In this document: piece by piece, positions 1 to 21,108 of the stretch
How positions within the stretch are numbered: the stretch's first letter is position 1
Layout of the letters: every line of letters begins with the position of its first letter
Source: Tubulanus polymorphus
Taxonomy: Eukaryota > Animalia > Nemertea
Direction of reading: 5' to 3'
Assembly: GCF_964204645.1 (NCBI RefSeq)
Contig: NC_134026.1
Span: forward strand, 31,034,150 to 31,098,149
DNA length: 64,000 nt
Program-made: the position numbers and the translations under genes
Notes under the pieces: generated by a model
Databases searched by the model: none
The model's input: only the letters and a program-made list of their open reading frames with translations
What the model was told of the DNA's origin: nothing

Positions 1-1
1 G

Positions 2-175
2 GAGCCTTTGACTCCTGTGACGTCGAATAAACCGTTGAGCGTGAAATTAATGGATTTAGAAAATCGCGTTGAATTCCTCGAATCGCTGATAGAAAACAGT
101 GAAACATTTCGCGATAAAGTGAAAAATTTAGAACAGCGAATTGAAGCTCTTGAACGTATTTTATTGAAGAATTGA
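2..175 (+). CDS. 3' end of an unidentified gene, coiled-coil C-terminus (partial)
   Basis: Open frame from the window edge: EPLTPVTSNKPLSVKLMDLENRVEFLESLIENSETFRDKVKNLEQRIEALERILLKN*. It has heptad-like LExR[VI]ExLE repeats and is followed by AT-rich, UTR-like sequence. Confidence 0.55.
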   Translation, partial: EPLTPVTSNKPLSVKLMDLENRVEFLESLIENSETFRDKVKNLEQRIEALERILLKN

Positions 176-660
176 TTTATAAAATTTGAATGAACAATAT
201 GTTTATACATAATTATATATATATATACATACACCTAGTGAAAAATACACGTTTGATCCTTACTGATGTACATCATCGAGTTGGAAATTTCGGATATTCT
301 ATAATATTCTATAATATTTCATATCCATTAATTCTTTCTTAATTATTTTACTGTTTATCCATTCAGTTTTACCGAGGAGGTTTTTCCCATCTTCCTGGTT
401 TTACCGTGGACAGTAAGAATCCAAACGAAAGATAAGAAAGAATGTACAGCCTAACGGCCAGTATGACTCATAACGGATTTGTGTTTAATCCCTGGAGAAG
501 CCACGTTCATTCAAACTCTTGCCCTATAGTATATATTCCTTTTTTGTGACAGAAAAATAGCCACGGACTTGAAATTCAGAATTGCTTAAAACAATTCCTG
601 TCAATGGGCCTTATTAAGAGACTGTGCAATCAGAATGATAGCGGGGATTGTTAGTGAATA

Positions 661-885
661 GTCACCACACCCGACTGGTCACCAGTCACCACACCTGACT
701 GGTCACCAGTCACCACACCCGACTGGTCACCAGTCACCACACCTGACTGATCACCAGTCACAGCTACACATAACTGGAAACCACACGCAGGCCAATAAAC
801 AACAACTCATTGGTCTAGTGGTTAGAGCGTCGGACTTGTGCGCCGGTGATCACGAGTTCGCAACCCTACCTAGGTTTAGGGTTAG
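661..885 (+). mobile_element. tRNA-related interspersed element (24-bp tandem repeats + A/B-box segment + TTAGGG-like tail)
   Basis: About four gtcaccacacc[ct]gactggtcacca units, then A-box TGGTCTAGTGG (811-821), B-box-like GAGTTCGCAAC (~854-864) and taggtttagggttag. No acceptor stem. A related copy lies on the - strand at 57306-57520. Confidence 0.55.
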
Positions 886-1947
886 CTGGCGGATGAGGTA
901 GAGATTACTTTTTGCGAATACACGTCCTTTCTGAAAGAAACTCCTCGAATAGAGACTAATCCTTAAAAGAGATATCTTGTTTTCCTTTTTATTAATCTCA
1001 GTAACGAATTGTAGCTGCCATCTGTGAAGAATACCGCTCCATTCAGAAAACATTTCTCGCGACAAGAACAAGTAATACACATATACAAATAACATAATAT
1101 ATAGGCTATTGGTCTTTATTTGATGATAATCTTTGGAAGAAATTACATTTATAAAAATAAAGATAAAACGATGACTTGATTGAACATACAGTGCATATTT
1201 ATAGAACTAAGAACTATTGGGGCCAGTTCCACAGTCATGTTTTGGCTACAAGACTAACTTCTATAACCGATCTAGCAACTTAAGACCAGTCTAAGCTCAT
1301 TTTAGTTCAATCACCAATATAACAACTTAAGACCAGTCTAAGCTCATTTTGGTTATATATCCAACCTAACAACTTAAGATGATAAGTCTTAAGATTTAAG
1401 ACCACTTTTTGGACTTTTGGTCAAGCTTTACTTTTGGTAACAGCTTTACTTCATCACTCGCATTGTACCAATGACAAAGAGATTGTACCTTTCCAGGATT
1501 CCAATTTCTAGCTGGTTAATAAAACAAATCTATTGTAGACCTACAGTACATAGACATAATCATTATACACAATATAAAATAATACTTCATACATTAGCTG
1601 TAAACACGAATATCGCACAAATAATATAGTACAGTATAACATAAAGGCAATATAGAAATCCCAAACTAAGAATGAAAAGAGTCTAAAATGTCTCCATGAG
1701 TTTATTATTTAGTTCAGCACATCAACTTTATCTAAATCGCCATCTTCAAGAATAAGTGTTTTCACAACTAGCCGAATAGTCATCTGCTGGAATACCAGAG
1801 TAATACAAGGAATTCAGCACTATCTCATGAAGAGTGCTAGTAGGATCTATCTCCAGGAAACATTGTGGACTTTTTAAATTCTTAGTATCGGATTATCATT
1901 TTTAACAACATGAACTCAGAGTGTTTTAAACAATATTACTCCGATAA

Positions 1948-2070
<123 letters not shown>

Positions 2071-2093
2071 TGTTGTAAGCTGAATATTCATCA

Positions 2094-11223
<9,130 letters not shown>

Positions 11224-12465
11224 CGCATCAACAACTTCAAATAATCATCTGAAATGAAATGAGAAAATTAAAACTTGTCCGATGTTGGGGCCATTCACAG
11301 GGGCAGGGGCCGAGTGGTAGCCTTGTATCTAGCTGTTGTTTTTTAGATCTCATCAGATCATCTGGTAGTAATCAGAAATCAGTTTAGGCCTACTATAGAC
11401 CAGAGTAGGGGGCACTTCTAGACTTTGTAACATTTGTTGGACCCAATATGTTATGAAATTGGATTTTATTAATGGCACCAATATCGATCATCATCTCATA
11501 CTAATATATTATTATGGACAAGGTGCTTATTAATCAACGTACAGATGATGCACACAGCACAATCCAATAAATACTCGCCAAACGGCACAAGAGGTGAGGG
11601 TGCGAGAGGTGAGGGTGCAAAGGTGGGGGCACGAGAGGTGAGGGCGTGAGAGGTGAGGGCGCGAGAGGAAATGTTTGGGAGAGTGAAGGGTACTACAGAG
11701 AAAAGAAGGACGACAGATCGCGGCTGCTTATGATAGATAGTGATGCTGCTGCTTTCCTTGCTTGGTTGTTGTTTGTTAGAATAGATGAAACGTGGAGATG
11801 TTTTTCGTTTCGGTGATCCGCCTTGCTTTATCCTCCATGGGCCTACGGTTTTGGCCTTAGTATCTGCTTGAATTTGATAAAAATCATAATATGAGATATT
11901 GACCTCGATATATTTCAGCTTGGTCACAACAGAAATCAGAGGAGAGGAGAGTGAATCAAATCGCTTCATCGATTCATTATCATTAAATTAGACATACGCA
12001 ACGACCTTCAGCCGGGATACAAGTGCGCATATTGTGCAGAGTTGGATTATCTCGGAGCCAACCCACTTCGGCGACACTCGGAACAGTCCAAACCAAAGAC
12101 TGGTTACGTGTAGAAAACGGTAACCAGTCTCTCCAAACTCGTATCGCCACCTAGTGTCGACCGAGATATACGCGGATTTTTCAAGGATGGAAAGAAAGTT
12201 TTGAGGATAAAATCGTCAAAAAAGAAATATACTGAAATTGATAGAAGCCAAAGTTGCAGCCAGCGCCCGATCCCGGAGGAGGAGAACACCGACACCGTGT
12301 TCATTTAAAGAACAAAATCTGACTCTAATTTATGGCCTATCATCAATCAGCTTCTGCTGGCTGGCCTTGTTTTTGACGTTGCTGGGTCGGGAGGCTGTGG
12401 GGAAGGACAGTGAATGTAGGTTGTAACTGAGTTATAATGGATTGTAGTAAACAGCGTCACTTGTT

Positions 12466-15400
12466 ATGAAAATGTTCCAGTTAAGAAGAATCGGTTTACC
12501 ATCAACCATAGAACGTGTCACAAACTTGATGAGGTAATGCTGGAGAACTTATTGATTGACAAGTTTAAGTATTGAAGTCTCTATTAAAAACTTAACGTGA
12601 CGGGTACCGTATCAGAGTTGTAGTAGGTACTGTTTAAAGCAGTTTTTGATTGCTGCTGTTAATTGACGATTTTTTACAGCTAACATTGCAGCGGTGAATT
12701 TACTTCAATTTTTTCAAAACATGATATTTAAAAAAATTTTTTTTGCTTCTGACGCTGCACTTCCCACGCCACTGCTTTAACTCTGGTTAAGAGCCCTAAG
12801 GCCTAGTGGGTGTGAGTTGCTTCATACTGACTGATTAACTGACACTACTGTTTGTTTTTAATCCCTTACAGTTTAAATGAATCTGAAATATCAGTCGGAC
12901 GAAGTTTAGAAAACGATATCTATTTAGATTCGTCGCAGCTGAAAAACTTCATCTCGAGAAATCATGCGAAATTCACACGATCTATTATCGATGAGAAAGT
13001 TTATTACGTTTTGACTGATTTGAGTTTAAACGGAACTTACGTTAATGATGTGAAGGTAATTTTCAAATCTTGATTTAACGCTTTCAGCGCTGACTAATTG
13101 AATACCCGTAAAATGCTGGAGATAATTTGAAAATTGTACCCTACTAGTGGGTAAGATAATGGACATGCCGCTTTAGCATCTACACCGCTGTGCGGTGTAT
13201 CCTTAGTTACAAGTATTTCACTATTTTTGACAGGTGCTGCCATCTTTCAATAAGGATAAGAAATGATCACTAATAGCGAAGTCATCACTGAGTTATACAC
13301 TGCACTGTGGTGTAGACACACCGCAGTGCTGTGTATTCTTAGTTACAAATATTTCACTATTTTTGACAGGTGCTGCTACGTTTCAATAAGGATAAGAAAT
13401 GAACACAAATAACTATCAATACACCAGTCATCGCTGATTTATACACCGCGCTGTGGTGTAGACACACCGCGCTGCGGGGTAGACGCACTGAAAGGGTTAA
13501 TTGAACTGTATCTGATAGAAATGCAATAAATATTCAGATGTTCTGCGATGAATTTCAGCTCGCCGGTCCATGCACGCTCGTTGAGGGAGATGTTATTAAG
13601 TTCGGCCACGTGCAAGGTTTTAAAATGAAAAAAGGAGCTTACTGTCCTCAACCGCTGACTGAGTTCACATTCCTGGTAAGAGTTAGACTCCTCTCCGATG
13701 AGAAGAGTTGTAAGGGAGGAGCCATCTCTCTCGGTTTGTTATGTCTAAATAATTTGAATACTTTGAAAAGTAACGCTTGAATAAGGTTAAAATCTTCATT
13801 CGATATGAAATGAATTATTTGTTATTTCGATTATTTTCAGTACAGTGAAGTTAAATCTGCGAAAAACGGACTAAAAACCGAATCGACTAAAAATATTTGG
13901 GATATTCCCGTAGAATTACCGCCGATTATTCCTAAAGTTCACATGTACAATGACTTCGTAAATTCAACACGACCTTCACCTTCGTCGGACGTGAAACACG
14001 CGATTATACCCCATTCTACACCTCTGATCGATCTGCAGAATGTTTATAAACATGAAGCTACAGGTTCTAGTCCGCTACAACTCGGTAGTCCGGTGATACC
14101 TTTATTAGATACGGTACCGAGTAGTCCAGTGATACCGCTATTAGACACACTACCCGATAGTCCGGTCATACCAGTATTAGACAGATTAAAACACGAATCA
14201 ATACCTGTGGAAATTAATGATTTATATCAACCGAAGTGTGCTATATCTCTGAATGACAAAGATAATCCCACTAAAGATCTACGGTAAGTTTAGTCTGGAA
14301 AAACCCCAGGGCCCAAATCGATCTACGATAAACTGAATCAATGAAGAAATTAAATCGATTTCAGAGTTAAACCTTTTTGTGAAACTGGGCCCTGGGCCCG
14401 GTTCCACTGTTGTGAGTTAACTCCGAGTTAAAATCAGTTCATTTTCGATGTTTTAACTCTAGAGTCAAATTTAACTCAGAAATGTGGAACTGGATCCAGA
14501 TCGAAAGAAAAACTATGCAAGTTATTTTAAAGTTAATTTGGGGATAATGAATAACAAGGCGAATGCGTAATTCTAGTTTAAGATAAAATCAGTTTCACTC
14601 GTGGATTATTGTTTCATGTAAAATTTGCTGATTTCAGAAATGTGTCGGGAAAAGAGAATACTGGAACCGATACTGATGGTATTTTATATCGAATTCATTC
14701 TTCCGAACAACTCGGATGTCAGATTTATTCATTCAAACTCTTTATTGTATATTGATTTACAGATTGTCTTACGGCGCTGGCTTCACAAGCAATCGATAAT
14801 TTCCATCCAGAGGATAATGATTATTCCTTATCTAGTGACGAAGATATATTCATTGAAAGTACGTTCAATTTGAACCTGCGTTGTTTCAGTTTTATCTCGG
14901 TTCCACGGTTCGTGGTCAAAATTTGAATCGAGAGTCTAAAAACAACTTAGGAATTAAACTACTGTAGACTCTGCTCAGAGTCGGAACAATTCATTGTTGT
15001 ATTGACAACTAGTCAAATTCAAGAAAAATTGTGAAACTGGATGATATTTATTTGTTTATATTTTCTATAGAAGCAGCTGATAATTCAAAACCTGTCCGAC
15101 AACAAACGTCTTCAATAGATCTAGTTATTGAAGAAGTTGTCAATAATCCTGACTCGGTATTAGAACCACAACAAACCGACAAAACCGTACTGAAACCTAA
15201 TACCGGTAATACCGGTACGCAGTCGGCGGTCAAAAGTAAAAAACTGACTGTTTGTTCATCTTCGGCGCAGGATTCTCATCACAAGAAACGTCCCGGAAGA
15301 CCTCGCAAAAACTCAGGTATTTCATTATCTCCAGTTCTGAGAGAAAGTGCTTCCATCTGGGAGATTTTAATGACACTAATCGGTACCTGTTAATCCTTAG

Positions 15401-16049
15401 GTTCAGCGAGTAAAAAACCGAAAACCGATGAATCTCGTTATTACTCAGACGGCAAGTGTTCATATATCGATTGTGATAGTCCAGTTGGAGACCACATTAC
15501 ATGGGTAGGTGAGATTCTTCTCTATTAGATACTGCGGTATTGAAAGCCAGGTTTCAATTGGTCTCTGATTTGGGAATACTCTTCTGGCGCATCCATTTCA
15601 ACCAATAGAGAGTTTGTAATCTGGGGACCTAGATATGCTCTACCTATTCCAGAATAATATGTAAACCTGTAGAGAGTAGAGAGTTTATAATCCAGAGCCC
15701 GGTTTCATAGACTGAGTATCAAAGTTATCCCTAGGGATAACTCCTAAATTTGGGTGACTACCACCATAGTAACACCATGGTTATAACTCACAAATTTCAA
15801 AATGTTCCCAGGGACTATTTTGCTTCCACGTTTATGAACCCCAGCCCAGGTTTACTAAAACTGAATTCCTTATTGGCATATACCCGTACCACTGGTATGC
15901 CTTATGAACTAATTGAGATATTGTATATATATATTTCTACGTAGGTTCAATGCGATGATTGTGATAAATGGTATCATACTGGTTGTGTTGGATGCAGTTA
16001 TCAAAATGTGAAGAGAACTAATACACAATTTCATTGTGGATGTACATAA
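12466..16049 (+). CDS. TCF19: Transcription factor 19-like (FHA domain, AT-hook, C-terminal PHD finger), ~474 aa
   Basis: Exons: 12466-12533, 12872-13055, 13538-13675, 13841-14283, 14638-14678, 14763-14858, 15071-15316, 15401-15504, 15945-16049, all in phase. N-terminal MKMFQLRRIG (cf. TCF19 FQLLRIG); FHA motifs GR..ISRNHA..SLNGTYVN..GDVIKFG; AT-hook KKRPGRPRK; PHD WVQCDDCDKWYHTGCVGC..FHCGC. Confidence 0.85.
12634..12780. mobile_element. Short TTAA-flanked non-autonomous DNA element (Kolobok-like termini)
   Basis: TTAA-AGCAGT ... ACTGCT-TTAA in TCF19 intron 1. Confidence 0.45.
13075..13500. mobile_element. piggyBac-type MITE with TTAA target-site duplication
   Basis: TTAA-CGCTTTCAGCGC ... 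GCACTGAAAGGG-TTAA, with an internal ~140-bp tandem duplication and tacaccgc..gcggtgta palindromes. Lies in TCF19 intron 2. Confidence 0.7.
14395..14500. mobile_element. MITE family B (representative copy)
   Basis: ggttccactgttgtgagttaactc ... aaatgtggaactggatcc. Related copies near 3166-3250, 6440-6750, 21530-21635, 23715-23840, 25735-25915, 42090-42230 and 51225-51400. Confidence 0.7.
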
Positions 16050-16105
16050 AACACTAGTCACCGTAGAACGATAACCTGTGCACTCAAACGTGGTGAACGG
16101 ATAAT

Positions 16106-16319
16106 AAGATAAAAACCCACCATCTACAGATTAAAAGAATTTAAGAACAAGAATTTATTTATTCAATCTAAAATATATAGAATACACGACGTTTCGATCT
16201 CCTCACCCTAGAGATCATCGTCAGGTGTGAGAACGTCGTGTCTTATATATATTTTAGATTGAATAAATAAATTCTTGTTTTTAAATTCTTTTAATCTGTA
16301 GATAGTGGGTTTTTATCTT
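16106..16319. mobile_element. Inverted-repeat Penelope-like retroelement remnant
   Basis: Near-perfect inverted arms of ~85 bp around a hammerhead core, just downstream of the TCF19 stop codon. Confidence 0.6.
16184..16229 (-). ncRNA. Minimal type I hammerhead ribozyme motif (Penelope-type)
   Basis: Minus strand reads ACAC-CUGACGA-U-GAUCUC-uagggugag-GAGAUC-GAAA-C-GUC-GUGU: both core boxes intact, 6-bp stem II, palindromic ACGU helix III, GUC cleavage triplet, ACAC/GUGU stem I. Confidence 0.7.
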
Positions 16320-16493
16320 GCTAGTCACTGTTTTTTTACTGTTATTCCAGCTTGATTAAGTCGTTGTTCGGATAAGTCGTTTCATAACTTTCATGTTAGT
16401 CGTGTAAGTCAAAATCGTCGACATCATGATTGTCGCAACAATGACAGCGTAAGCATCAAGGTTGATCGTGTTCAATATCAATATGGAATCATA

Positions 16494-16544
16494 GTTAGAG
16501 CATGGACGTATAAACTAGACTAGTTTATACGTCCATGGTTAGAG
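16494..16544. mobile_element. 37-bp perfect palindrome with 7-bp flanking direct repeat
   Basis: gttagag-catggacgtataaactag-a-ctagtttatacgtccatg-gttagag. Confidence 0.7.
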
Positions 16545-19500
16545 CAACCGCTCAGAAAGTTATAACAAATTTTAGTTTATTATTTCAACTATCTTATTTT
16601 TTTCTGTGCTTTCCTCGAATGTAACCGGCAATAATTGCATGTTATTGTATTGGATATAGTTTGTGCATGAATCTTTGTGTAAAATACATGAGTAAAGATT
16701 GAAATGTTTTGATAAAGAGTTTTAACCTTTGTATTGAAAAACTGAAAAAAATAGATTTATATCGGTACATAAAAAAAAATATGTTTGAGTTCAATTCTTC
16801 ATTGTACTGCTCGAGGGACCAAATGTGACTCGTACGCCATCTATCGTATACATTAGAAATAATGTGGAATGAGATATTCGCTTCCCAGGGTTTGAATGCT
16901 CCCGCCAATCGACCCCTAGCAAGCGAGGATGGTGACATCGGGCCGGACAAAATTTTCGTTGACAAAAACCACGCCGAGAAATTTGGTGGCAGCACCATAC
17001 GGTCATTTCAGCGATAAGCGGGTGATTTGCTCTGGTACAAGTGTACCTTTTGTCTAATGGTTCTAAATGAGTTTGCGACCAATGGTGAGCGCGCCGCCCC
17101 ATTTTAGTTGGTAGAACTCCCACAGAGTTTGCTAGGCCATTTATTTCATCTTAACTATTAAAATGATGGATGTTCTGTTGAACTTGGTAACTTTTTGGAT
17201 GGTAGCAACGCCGTTATAATCGGCACAAGAATTGGTCCTGTGACACTGATGAACGGCTGACTCCGAGTCCCGCGACTGATATTAAAACAATTTTGATGTA
17301 AGTCCTATGAGTACATCCTCGCTTGCCAGGGGTCCAGTATCACTCCCGAACTCGCTTCCACCAGCCCCCTGGCCTCACGAAGCGTGATTTCATTACTGGC
17401 GCTGTTGCGCATGACGTCATATATCGATTTGCGAAATACTTCCTTGTTCGGTAAAACGTTCGCTGATTGGTCCATTTAACGGGAAAACAAACAGAAGTCT
17501 ACTGTCGGTTTGTTACAAGAACTGTGATCGGTACGACCGGATTCTGGTCGGCTAGTAACGACTCCAACGACTCGTGAGGTCAAGGGGTTCGGGGAACAGC
17601 TTTAGCGTAGTGGGTTCGAATCCCTTGACAGGTGAAGATGTATGAGTAAGGCATCTGAATATCTCGTTGATGTGACTGAAACTGATCGAGATTTAGATAA
17701 ACCTATTCCAATCCACACATTCAAACCAAGGTGAAATTGTGCCGCTTTCAAGACAAAAATAAAACAAATCAATCTCACAAATTAATGTCACTAATAATTT
17801 ATATTGGTTGTTTTTATGTTATAATCAATAATTATAATAATTATAGTTATTATTTATATTCATATATATAATATATATAATGATATCACAGACATGAAAC
17901 TGATTCAGTAACGTGTATTATTATACCTCACCAATCTGATCATTGACAATCTCTCTCCCCGTATAAAAATAGAAAATAAAAAATTCTTACATGAGATTTT
18001 ACACAAGTAAAACTAACGCAATACGACACAAACATCGCTTGCCAGTGATGCATTTCCATCCATGATTCAAGATTTTCATACAATAGCCTAAAAGATTCTC
18101 ATAGGTAGGTCGTCGACTGGGATTCGAACCTGATGGCCAGATCGAATCCCTGCCGAGGTTATGCGCGGACGTCACCGTTACTGTTCACACGTCACATTGG
18201 ACGTAAGATGGCCGTCAACTTCGACTTTTTAATTCAGTTTAGCAGTTGTGTTCGATTCCGAGAGAGCACGCAGAGACGTCACGTACTATATCAATTTGTG
18301 AAATTCGGAATTATCAGAACATCTTCATATAGACCCGATATACCATCAAAGAGGGGCTTAAACATTTTTGAAAATTTGACAGATAGAAGAAACCTTCAAT
18401 GGATGCATCAGGGCAAAGTTAAGAACAATTTGTCAAACAAAGCTACAACAAATTAAACTATCCAGCAAACATACCAAAATACACGCATCAGCGGTTCAAA
18501 CATAAAGCTGATATTTCACACCGGGAACCAGTCTCATATATAAACTCTAGTCTTTGGTTAAGTCGCCATTTTGGTTACTTCATGCGCTGAATCGGGACAA
18601 TAATTCAAAAACCTATCCGATTTTTTCTTTAGAATACCCGTTTCTTTTTCATGAAACTGGCCCCTGATTTACAGAATATATAAATGATTTGTAATGAAAG
18701 GAAAGATCGCTACCTCGGGTAACGCACGTACAGTTTAAGGAGTCACTAAGTTCATTGACGTATGAATGAAAAACACTAGCCGTAAATATCAACATTTCAT
18801 GATAAACTATGAAGCACGCACATCATTATAGCGTTTTAGTTCTTTGTGTGTCTCAAACATTTTTTAAACAACAAAAAACGAAGGTTTATCAAGAACAAAC
18901 GAAGAATTGAAGAGCGTATTTTTTCCACCTCAAACATCAATAGCAGTTTATCTTTCACTTTTAAGTCTGTCTTCAACGCGATATATCTAACTATATCAAC
19001 TCAATTAATCGTTTGTTCGGGTTCAAAAACTACCGGCAGTTTATCTCTGAAACTATAGATAAGTAAAATACATCCGGATCGCGTTAGTTCAGAACACTTT
19101 AATATTAACTCATTCATACATTCAGCTTTCACATCTGACCGGCCGCAATTCATCAATTATAAAGAAGCTTCGATACTTCAAACTCTTTAGGAATTCGAGC
19201 AACAAAATTGTGCTACAGTAAAACTAACTTAATCCGGATGACTCGAGGACCGCCCCCAGATTTCTTCGAATTAAGCAAAATTCGAATTATGAATAACACG
19301 GTTCCAGGTTTTAAATGTACCGAATATTTCATCCGAATTTATTAATGAAAATCCGGATTTAAAAATCCGAATGAAACGAGTTCTACTGTAGTTTAGTATT
19401 AGACCGACGCGACACCTACTCAAACATCGTTCTTATAATTAATAGTATAATTGAGTCGGTTGCAATGACGACAGGAATGGGCTCGACAATCCGAGATGGT

Positions 19501-19808
19501 TTATACATATAAATACACTGACTCTGATTGTCTCAGCTTCACGGATCCTTCGTAAAGAATAGTACATTTAGTTACTTCTTGTACAATACATTATAAATAG
19601 ATAAAGACTGACGCTTTGAAGTCATTTGTCGTTATATTATTATAACACACGTACCATACACACACACATACACTTTAAGCTGGCAATAAGTTAGTATTAA
19701 ATATACATAAATACGAGTAACAAAACGACAAAAATAAATGCTGCCTGAAAATTATCGCCGAGATTCATCAATAACTTGGAGAATACAGGCTTTTAGAACC
19801 ACCAGGAT

Positions 19809-20030
19809 GGCCAGCCATCTCGCGTGTAGGGCCAGCCATCTCGCGTGTAGGGCCAGCCATCTCGCGTGTAGGGCCAGCCATCTCACGTGTAGGGCCAGCC
19901 ATCTCGCGGTAGGGCCAGCCATCTCGCGGTAGGGCCAGCCATCTCGCGGTAGGGCCACCCATCTCGCGGTAGGGCCAGCCATCTCGCGGTAGGGCCAGCC
20001 ATCTCGCGGTAGGGCCAGCCATCTCGCGGC
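19809..20030. repeat. GC-rich 20/21-bp minisatellite
   Basis: About 11 units of ggccagccatctcgcg(t)gtag. Confidence 0.95.
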
Positions 20031-21108
20031 CAATGCTCGGGCCAATACTTAAATCTATCTTCAGTAGAACATCCTGAGCCGTAGCATTTTAATTTTAGGG
20101 GGGGCAGAGATACCCGAAAAAGGGCAGTTGATATAACAACAATATTTGGAAAAAGGGCACTTTTCCAAAATCCCCCCCCCCCCCGCTAAATACGGCCCTA
20201 TAAAACGGATTTCTATTCTTTGAACTTTGGCCATTTGTACATAACGTGGTTTCTCATCTGACTGACCTTAATCTAGATGGCTGCCAATTAGAAAATATCT
20301 TAAAAATCCCAAAATATGTTAAACATGCCTTGCACTACTATTTCCGGATGGATAAACATAAATGACATTTTTCAGATGTGGCAATTTTAGTTAGAATGTT
20401 ATAGAATTAGCCTTAGTTTGTTTAGTATTCTTCCAACATAAACAGATTGCACTGAAGGGAAATGATAAAATCTACTGAATCTGTCTCCACCAGTCTTTAT
20501 AAAATTTGATCAGCTTTCAAATTTTATCATACACTCAAAACATAAACGGATATTTTTTGACGTTAATCGATTCTGCGACGATTGGACAATGAGTTCAAGT
20601 GGCAATAGCGTTAACGTAAAACAGACAAACAACGTGTGAGATTCGAGTTTTCATTTAAACATTGTTCAAACGCGGTGGTTCAAACTAAGAGATGATCCCT
20701 GAAATCCTATAACAACCCAAAAATACAATGTTCGTATTCCGAACCCAGCGGAGGAACAAGACTGTCTTTTATAAATGCATGTTGAGAACATAACTACTTT
20801 AATTAAAGCCCATTAACTCTAAAACTATGAACGGCTACTGTCACTAAGCTTACGCGGTTTATAACACGAAAATTCGTTGTTTTAAAGGTTAAAGTTTGGA
20901 AGTTCTACCGGGCGGCGATTTCAACGTGTTCACCATCACCACCATTACTGTCGACCCTTATTATTCTGTCACCTTTTCCCGATTGAGAAAGATAGTATTT
21001 CACGATCTCATGCTCTTCTGCTTCTGGTTCGCGATAAACGAACTTCTAGCCGATAATGTGGCCGTATCGGATGTTAACCATATCATGGATTTACACTTAA
21101 CAATTCCT

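Noticed and set aside
805-870. tRNA gene (His-like GTG loop)
   Set aside because: A and B boxes are present, but there is no acceptor stem and anticodon-stem pairing is poor; it is embedded in a repeated element.
11496-11969. 157-aa minus-strand ORF
   Set aside because: Non-ATG start, low-complexity gaggtgaggg repeats, and located in a predicted intron.
16642-17123. Two overlapping minus-strand ORFs
   Set aside because: No domain signal or consistent splice sites; the region contains small catcctcgcttgccaggg-type hairpin MITEs.
17540-17630. Vault RNA gene, prompted by MVP in the window
   Set aside because: GCTTTAGCGTAGTGG and a B-box are present but directly adjacent, with no vtRNA-like terminal stem or oligo-T terminator; a SINE fragment is more likely. 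No convincing vtRNA was seen anywhere in the window.
19738-20045. Repetitive ORFs on both strands
   Set aside because: Products of the 20/21-bp minisatellite.
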